From: a virus
Lineage: Duplodnaviria > Caudoviricetes
Strand: one strand, 5' to 3'
IMG/VR virus record: IMGVR_UViG_3300042393_000132
Location: 1 to 28,940 of that record
Length of the DNA stretch: 28,940 nucleotides
Part shown: in pieces, positions 23,086-28,940 of the stretch
Numbering within the stretch: the stretch's first letter is position 1
Layout: every line of letters begins with the position of its first letter
The notes under the pieces: generated by a model
The model's input: the letters and a program-made list of their open reading frames with translations, nothing else
Told to the model about the DNA's origin: nothing
Database searches by the model: none
Made by a program: the position numbers and the translations under genes

Positions 23086-24861
23086 TTAAATTGCTTGTTC
23101 CCTAGTTGTTCGTACTGCACTTCTTGCCTGACCTTCGCCAGTCATGCTGCTAAGTATTGTTTGTAAATCTGGTCTTCCCTGTTGTGGAGGTGGCATTTGA
23201 GAGCCTCCTGCTGGTGGACCAGCGGGAGCAGGGGACATTTGCTCAACCGCATTAGTTGGCTCACCAACAGGAGGAACCTTTTGCTGCGGAGCAAAGGTTG
23301 CTTCTATTGCGTCCTCTAATGCTTGTCCCTTTTGACGAGCCTTTATTACCGCAGCAATCTTACGAACAACATCTGAAGCGTCCTGACCTTGAGTAGCCAT
23401 CTGTGGAATTGCTTGTGTATATGCCGTAAGTGAACCAAGTAGCGCAGAGCGCATTTCTTCAATTTCAATCTTTTCTAATTCTTGTGTAACGTTAACTGTA
23501 AATGGTAGTTCTCTCATAGCCATATCTCGGCTGATGAGTTTTCCTCCAAGTGCTTGAAGCATAAAGATAAGACCTTGTGCTGGATTAAGACCAGCAAGCA
23601 TACCGTAACGGACATCAGCAGAATAATCATTCTTGATGTCTTTAGTTGGCTTGTATGTAATTTCATAAGGTGAACCCGAATCTACTCCACGAATTGTCTT
23701 TTCTTCTGGATAGATTAATTCATCTACATTAAAGCAAAGACTAATAATGTCCCTAAGTGTTGCAGCAAAGATTGCTTGTGCAGATTTAACTTGTGTATCA
23801 AAGGCTCCCATAAGAGCCTGCACTCCTTGACCAGTAACAATAGAAGCATCTATGTTTCCAGTACGAGATTCAGGGTATCGTGTACCAACACGCAGTTCTT
23901 GATTAAGAACCTGTTGTTCTGTAAATGCACCCTGTGGCAAAGTAAGTTCTACACGGCGAACACCCGCTGGATTGGCTGTACGAATAACAGCATCTCCACC
24001 AAGTTGTAGTTCTTGTACATCCTGCGGTAGAACAATTGGTGCCTGCACTGACTTCTCTGCTGCTTCCATTGCAAGTAATGCAAATCGGTTGCGGAGTAAC
24101 TGAATACCAAGTACATCATCAAACTGTCCACGCATTTCACCATCAATAGATGGCTTACGTGCAACAACAACCATCATTTTACCAAGTGGATTAGTAGCCT
24201 GAGAAAGAACTAAATTATCTCTACGTGGAACATAAATTATAGATTGGTCTTTATCGTAATAACGAATCATTTCAATCTGTGTATTAAGGTCTTGGTCATA
24301 ACCATTTGGTCCAAGTAATTTTCTATCATACTCTGGGAACTGAGATACTAGTTCACCAAGTGTCATAGAGTAACGCTTAGCAAATGCCACACAACGTCCA
24401 TAGCGGTCAAACTCTGGGTAAGCCCCAATAGGATTTTCTATGCGGATACGTGGCAGTTTTGCTTCATCGTCTAATTCAATAATGAAAGGGACGAATCCAT
24501 ATGTTAAATACCAGTCGGCACCTGAGTACATTTGTACTGCTAGGTCTGAGTGCTGGAAATAATTAGAGGCAATACGAGTACGTTTATCAGCAAATGTACG
24601 TGCTCTATCTGATACTTGATTGGCTGCAGAACAGTTAACCGCTGGAAGCGGAGCCATAACTTCAGATAAGTCACGCGCAACAATGTCAATAAAGTTTGCT
24701 ACTACGTTAGCATCAACACCTTCTGGAAAGAAATTAGGATAAACCTGAGCAATCTTTCCTTTACGGACAGCAAGTACATCTAAGTTACGCGCATCACGTT
24801 CGTGATTGCGGTAACGCAAGGAATCAACCCGTGCTGTTACCTGCTCTATTGTTAATGCCAT
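23086..24861 (-). CDS. portal protein (591 aa)
   Basis: Position downstream of terminase, size, VANFIDIVARDLSE stem helix, Pro/Gln-rich C-terminal extension. Confidence 0.85.
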   Translation of the reverse strand: MALTIEQVTARVDSLRYRNHERDARNLDVLAVRKGKIAQVYPNFFPEGVDANVVANFIDIVARDLSEVMAPLPAVNCSAANQVSDRARTFADKRTRIASNYFQHSDLAVQMYSGADWYLTYGFVPFIIELDDEAKLPRIRIENPIGAYPEFDRYGRCVAFAKRYSMTLGELVSQFPEYDRKLLGPNGYDQDLNTQIEMIRYYDKDQSIIYVPRRDNLVLSQATNPLGKMMVVVARKPSIDGEMRGQFDDVLGIQLLRNRFALLAMEAAEKSVQAPIVLPQDVQELQLGGDAVIRTANPAGVRRVELTLPQGAFTEQQVLNQELRVGTRYPESRTGNIDASIVTGQGVQALMGAFDTQVKSAQAIFAATLRDIISLCFNVDELIYPEEKTIRGVDSGSPYEITYKPTKDIKNDYSADVRYGMLAGLNPAQGLIFMLQALGGKLISRDMAMRELPFTVNVTQELEKIEIEEMRSALLGSLTAYTQAIPQMATQGQDASDVVRKIAAVIKARQKGQALEDAIEATFAPQQKVPPVGEPTNAVEQMSPAPAGPPAGGSQMPPPQQGRPDLQTILSSMTGEGQARSAVRTTREQAI

Positions 24862-24886
24862 TATTGTCCTAACGATTGATTAAGAA

Positions 24887-25408
24887 TTACTTTGCTCTTT
24901 TCCTAAGTTCATTTTTCTTTTTTGTTCCAAAACCGTATGCTGATTTTCCATCTTCAATAGCCTGCTTTGCAACTCGCTTAGCAGCAGGCATTTTTTTATC
25001 TATAAATTTGTCAACCTTTTTAATTGTTTTTGGTGCATCTACTGTTAGAGCCTTTGTATATGCAACATAAGCCTTAGCCGCAGTCTTTACTGCTTTTTCT
25101 GTAACCTTCATTGTTTTTAACATGCCGCGTGTAGCAGCGCCAGCGCCTCTTTCTGGATTCTTAACCACTGGCTTTTTAACCGCTGGCTTAGGAGTAACAA
25201 CTCTAGCGCTGCCATACATACGTATAGCACCTGTCTTATATTCAGGAGTTGCTTTGCCAGACTTAACTTTTCCAATGGCTTTTGCCATGCCATCTTTTTT
25301 AATTTGGTCAAGTGTAGACTGACGCACAATCTTGCCAGTAATTATTTTTTGCGCAGTCTGTGGCGTTAGCGTCTTTTTAGGAGGTGCGGATTTTCTCATT
25401 TGCGCCAT
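24887..25408 (-). CDS. Lys/Ala-rich basic protein (173 aa)
   Basis: MAQMRKSAPPKK...PKPAVKKPVVK; starts 2 nt after the upstream stop. Confidence 0.8.
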   Translation of the reverse strand: MAQMRKSAPPKKTLTPQTAQKIITGKIVRQSTLDQIKKDGMAKAIGKVKSGKATPEYKTGAIRMYGSARVVTPKPAVKKPVVKNPERGAGAATRGMLKTMKVTEKAVKTAAKAYVAYTKALTVDAPKTIKKVDKFIDKKMPAAKRVAKQAIEDGKSAYGFGTKKKNELRKRAK

Positions 25409-25410
25409 AA

Positions 25411-25764
25411 TTACTTCTTTTTTGCACGCGCACTAGCAATAGTTGCTGCTGCCTTAGACTTTATGCTTGCAGCATTAGCCTTGCGACCTGACTTTGAAAT
25501 AACATTTTTTGGGGCAGGACCTTTAATAATACTTGACAATCTTCCAAGTTCGGACATTTCTGAATCGGTCATACCTTTATAACCTTTAGCGCCGATTTGC
25601 TTATCACGAAGGGTTGCTGCTCTGCGAGCAGCATCTGTCTTGTATCCCTTAGGAGCCATTGAACCCTTATTTGCTGCTGTGAGTCCTTTTTTGTTTGCTG
25701 CTACAGCCTTCTTTTTTGTTACTGCCTTTGCAACACCTTTTACAATTTTAACTACATTTGGCAT
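25411..25764 (-). CDS. Lys/Ala-rich basic protein (117 aa)
   Basis: AAGGA RBS; MPNVVKIVKGVAKAVTKKK. Confidence 0.8.
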   Translation of the reverse strand: MPNVVKIVKGVAKAVTKKKAVAANKKGLTAANKGSMAPKGYKTDAARRAATLRDKQIGAKGYKGMTDSEMSELGRLSSIIKGPAPKNVISKSGRKANAASIKSKAAATIASARAKKK

Positions 25765-25801
25765 TTTATTTTCCTTTATCTTTAGTATGTTTTATATGGG
25801 T

Positions 25802-26020
25802 CTAGCCGATGTTTCTAAATGCCTTAGCAACATGCTTGGCACCCTTTTTTGCAATACCTCCAACAACACGTGCACCTTTAAGTCCAACAAGAGTAAGGGC
25901 AACATCTACAGGAGTTTTGGGAATTAAATATTCATCTGCGGTTTTAATAACTTTACGTGTAGCCTTAGTTACTTTTTTATTAACTTGATTCCAGCCAATG
26001 TTTGATGGGCTTTGTGCCAT
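25802..26020 (-). CDS. basic amphipathic protein (72 aa)
   Basis: ATG at 26020, one base after the upstream stop (MAQSPSNIGWNQVNKK...); the longer 26188 start lies inside the upstream gene. Confidence 0.75.
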   Translation of the reverse strand: MAQSPSNIGWNQVNKKVTKATRKVIKTADEYLIPKTPVDVALTLVGLKGARVVGGIAKKGAKHVAKAFRNIG

Positions 26021-26021
26021 G

Positions 26022-27287
26022 TTATTTACCCTTTGCTTTCTGTCCAGAACGAGTACGACTTGCAGGTTTGATTGGTCGTGTAGCACGAAGTTTTCCAGTT
26101 GTAACATTACGGCTAAACTTAGGCGGATTAAATGTGTTTTGTAAACTTCTTGATTTCTTTGCATTCTTACTAGAACCCAAAGTAGCATTTACCTTAGCCT
26201 TTAACTTAGCCGATACCTTATTGCTACGATTCTTTGCTCTTTCTGCTGTTAACTTATCAATTGCTTTTAGTCTTTCCCTCATGTTGCCAGCATCAGATGC
26301 AGCATTACGTGGGTCGTTAGTTGTTGAGCGCCTGCTCATCTTTGAACCCTTTTTTGCTTTAGCCGCTAATCTAGCACGTGCTTCTGCATTGGCTCTACCT
26401 TCTGCTCTTTCAGCAGCATTTCTAGGAACACCACGTCTAACAGGTTGCAGTTTTTCAAATCCAGGTGTGCTGGCTTCTCTAATGTCTGTTGCTCTATCTC
26501 GTATATTAGCCCGTCTTGCTTTACGTCTTTCTATGTTAAGTTGACGAGACCTACTTCGTACTGGTGATGTAGTAACTGAAGGTGGCTGTAATGTATCGCC
26601 ACGACCCTTTTCAATAGATGGCGCGTCACTAGGCTTTGTTGTTTTTGGCTCTGCCCTTTTAGCACGAGCAGCAGCCGCTTTTTGTAATGCGGGTTCAGTC
26701 TTAGTAGCCTTAGGATTAACTTTTTTGTATAAAGGATTATCTGCTTTAGATATTGGCTTACGTGCAAGTACAGTACCAAACTTTGCTTTTCTAGCAGCAG
26801 CCTTTGCCTTCTTAATCTCTTCAAGAGACATAGGCTTCTTCTTAGTTACAGTAACTGGAGCCTTCTTGCCAAGTGCTTCATACCGTTTTTCACGTGGTGT
26901 TAAAGATTTAAGGCTAGGCTTTTTAACAAGTCTTGCTCTACTTGCACCACTTGGGCGTTTTGATATTTCTTTTGCAATTTCAGAAGCATCTTTATCAGAT
27001 ACTGTTTTACGTGCTGGTGTTGCTTGAGTTAACTTCTTGCGAACAGGTGGCTCTGCTTTAACAAATGTTTTTTTAGGAGTAGCAACGGTTTTCTTGTAAC
27101 TTCCAGAAGCCTCTAGTTCATTAATCTTTTTTCTAACTTGTCTAGTAACTTTTGCTTTATCTGCTTTATCTACTACAGCCATTTTCTTTTGAACGGCAGC
27201 ACTGTTCTGCATTGCTTCTGAAACTTTTTTATCTTCTTTAACAATAGTTTTAACTATACCCTTTACTATTTTTCCATAGTTAGGCAT
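26022..27287 (-). CDS. large Lys/Arg/Ala-rich histone H1-like low-complexity protein (421 aa)
   Basis: TAAGGAG RBS overlapping terminase stop; MPNYGKIVKGIVKTIVK; no Cys, His or Trp. Confidence 0.85.
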   Translation of the reverse strand: MPNYGKIVKGIVKTIVKEDKKVSEAMQNSAAVQKKMAVVDKADKAKVTRQVRKKINELEASGSYKKTVATPKKTFVKAEPPVRKKLTQATPARKTVSDKDASEIAKEISKRPSGASRARLVKKPSLKSLTPREKRYEALGKKAPVTVTKKKPMSLEEIKKAKAAARKAKFGTVLARKPISKADNPLYKKVNPKATKTEPALQKAAAARAKRAEPKTTKPSDAPSIEKGRGDTLQPPSVTTSPVRSRSRQLNIERRKARRANIRDRATDIREASTPGFEKLQPVRRGVPRNAAERAEGRANAEARARLAAKAKKGSKMSRRSTTNDPRNAASDAGNMRERLKAIDKLTAERAKNRSNKVSAKLKAKVNATLGSSKNAKKSRSLQNTFNPPKFSRNVTTGKLRATRPIKPASRTRSGQKAKGK

Positions 27288-27296
27288 CTTAACTCC

Positions 27297-28940
27297 TTAT
27301 CCATACGTGTCTTGCCACTGCTCTGAGAAAGCCTCATCAAGGTTAATGGCGTATCGTTTATCTGTTTGTGCTCTGGTTGCCCATCTGTTGTAAGCATAGG
27401 TAGCAGTATTGCTTGCCTGTTGCATTAGTTCGCGTATGCGAATAATGGCAAACCACATAGCCATAACAGTATCCGTCTTACCTTTAGTCTCAGGTTTCCA
27501 CGTAAGTAGTTGTTGAGTTAAAGCCTTTAATCCTTCAGAGTGTTCTGAGGATGGTAGTTCAATGATGTTATTGTTTTGAAATTTGCCTTCGCGTTCTGTG
27601 CCAAAGAGGTTGGACATTGAGGCAACGCCGAAAGATGTGTCCCACTTGTTCTTGCCTGTAAAGTGAGCATCAAGTCGTACGCCGTAAGAAGCAAGCCATT
27701 GTCTGAGTTCTTCATCTAGTGAGTATGCTTTCTGATGTGCGTTGATTTCCACACGGAACTCTTGTGGCTTGTACTTAATAGTTAATTCTTCAATTGTTGC
27801 GCGAATCTTTTGAGGCGTAGGTTCTTCCATATTCACACAGTCAAGAATATAAATCTTGCCATCTTCTCTGTTGTAGGATGCAACAACAAAGGCAGCGTTA
27901 CCCGCCATGGCGGGGTCAAAGCCAATTACAGTATGAGCATTTACTCTAGGAGGATGTCCAGCAGCACCTGCTACCAGCAGTCCTCTTTTCCGCATCCCAT
28001 TTGTGGCTCCCCGCACCAACACTGGTGGGAAGATTGAATCTTCTTGGATGTCTTCTTGTTGATAGACAAGCGCCCATGTTGAGGGTGTGACTTCGCTGCG
28101 CCTCTTAAATAAGGTTTCGCCGTCCCACTTAGGATAGAGGCCGTCCTCTGTAGGTGTATCATCGTCCCCGTCCCAGGGCGTATCCGAGTAAGGCCAAAGC
28201 GTAACCCAGTCTTCTGCATCCTCAGCATATTCAAGGACAGCAGGCATCCCCATGTAAGTAAAGGGAGTCCTACCCCCAGACCAATGCTTAGCATTACGAA
28301 GTTCTTTATAAAGGTCGTTAGCGGCAATTCGTGTCCCAACTACTAGCAACTTACCGTTCTTACCTAAACGGGTAATAACTTCCTTCTGTAACCAGTCCAT
28401 CTGCTTTTCCCACTCATGGGCGTTGGCAGTGGTAATACAGTCGTCAAGAATAATCAGGTCAGCACGAGCACCGTAAATCTGACCACCCATACCAAGGGCT
28501 TGGAGGGTAGGGTCCTTCTCGCTGGAATTACGCGCATCGCCCCCAAGGTAGACTGTATCGGCTTTCCAAGTATCAGCGTCTTCTTTCCACCCGCCATCTG
28601 GACCATATGCGGTCTGCAGTTTTAGCCAGCGTGGATGAGACAATCGTTGCTTGATAGCGTAAACGAACTCTCTAGCCTTATTCAAAGTCTTTGAGACCAC
28701 AATGATGCGGACATTAGGATTGAGAGCGATGCGGTAAGTTGAGTAGTTCACCGTGATAACGGTGGACTTAGCATGTTCTGGCGGTACGTTTACCAGAAGT
28801 CTGTTGTTCTCCCCAGGCTCATAAATCATAGAAGGGTGAAGCCAAGTGGGTTCATATCCCTCTAAAAGGTCTACCCAGTCTTGGTGGTGCGGAAATACAG
28901 TTTGTCCCAAAAACATCTTAGAGAAGTCTGAGAACTCAAT
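27297..28940 (-). CDS. terL: terminase large subunit (5' truncated by window edge)
   Basis: Walker A variant VPPEHAKST, Walker B LIILDD, coupling motif VGTR, nuclease IGFDPA and KTDTVMA; frame stays open to 28940 (IEFSDFSKMFLG). Confidence 0.95.
   Translation of the reverse strand: MEFSDFSKMFLGQTVFPHHQDWVDLLEGYEPTWLHPSMIYEPGENNRLLVNVPPEHAKSTVITVNYSTYRIALNPNVRIIVVSKTLNKAREFVYAIKQRLSHPRWLKLQTAYGPDGGWKEDADTWKADTVYLGGDARNSSEKDPTLQALGMGGQIYGARADLIILDDCITTANAHEWEKQMDWLQKEVITRLGKNGKLLVVGTRIAANDLYKELRNAKHWSGGRTPFTYMGMPAVLEYAEDAEDWVTLWPYSDTPWDGDDDTPTEDGLYPKWDGETLFKRRSEVTPSTWALVYQQEDIQEDSIFPPVLVRGATNGMRKRGLLVAGAAGHPPRVNAHTVIGFDPAMAGNAAFVVASYNREDGKIYILDCVNMEEPTPQKIRATIEELTIKYKPQEFRVEINAHQKAYSLDEELRQWLASYGVRLDAHFTGKNKWDTSFGVASMSNLFGTEREGKFQNNNIIELPSSEHSEGLKALTQQLLTWKPETKGKTDTVMAMWFAIIRIRELMQQASNTATYAYNRWATRAQTDKRYAINLDEAFSEQWQDTYG

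Noticed and set aside
25765-25801. Late promoter consensus for the phage sigma (CATATAAA here versus CGTATAAG at 13833-13840)
   Set aside because: Only two loosely similar AT-rich sites; too little to define a motif.
26002-26544. 180-aa plus-strand ORF and other antisense ORFs (e.g. 8991-9497, 12152-12529, 12683-13048, 13387-13743, 18206-18661, 435-863)
   Set aside because: They lie opposite well-supported genes, lack RBS or operon context, and are explained by codon bias of the sense gene.
28760-28795. Terminase Walker A PPEHAKST lacking the Gly before Lys as a sign of inactivation
   Set aside because: Terminase Walker A motifs are known to deviate; Walker B, coupling and nuclease motifs are intact.

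Overview
Fragment of a lytic-type tailed dsDNA phage genome, roughly 40% GC by eye. A WhiB gene plus low GC point to a low-GC actinobacterial host such as freshwater Ca. Nanopelagicales (inference). The left 3.2 kb (+ strand) is the end of a replication/regulation operon: Toprim primase (truncated), DUF1599/Nmad1-like protein, metallophosphoesterase, phage sigma factor, two Zn-ribbon proteins and WhiB. It converges at a bidirectional terminator (~3231-3283) with a ~25.6 kb minus-strand morphogenesis/lysis operon. That operon runs terminase large subunit (truncated), four very basic proteins, portal, three probable ejection proteins, scaffold, major capsid, four more small basic proteins, tail adaptor, tail fibre module, nozzle-like protein, M15-type endolysin and holin. 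No tape measure or sheath is evident, so the virion is probably podovirus-like. Most notable: (1) a cassette of Lys/Ala/Arg-rich proteins between terminase and portal with alternating shared N-termini, possibly a capsid-targeted internal-protein system; (2) a structured, possibly pseudoknotted RNA leader in front of the scaffold gene that can sequester its ribosome-binding site; (3) no GATC or CCGG found in a manual scan of the window, and no AGCT in the ~7 kb scanned for it; (4) a beta-rich insertion in the capsid protein and a domain shared by tail adaptor and tail fibre; (5) seven small ORFs absent from the supplied ORF track. All family calls come from motif recognition by eye, not database searches.
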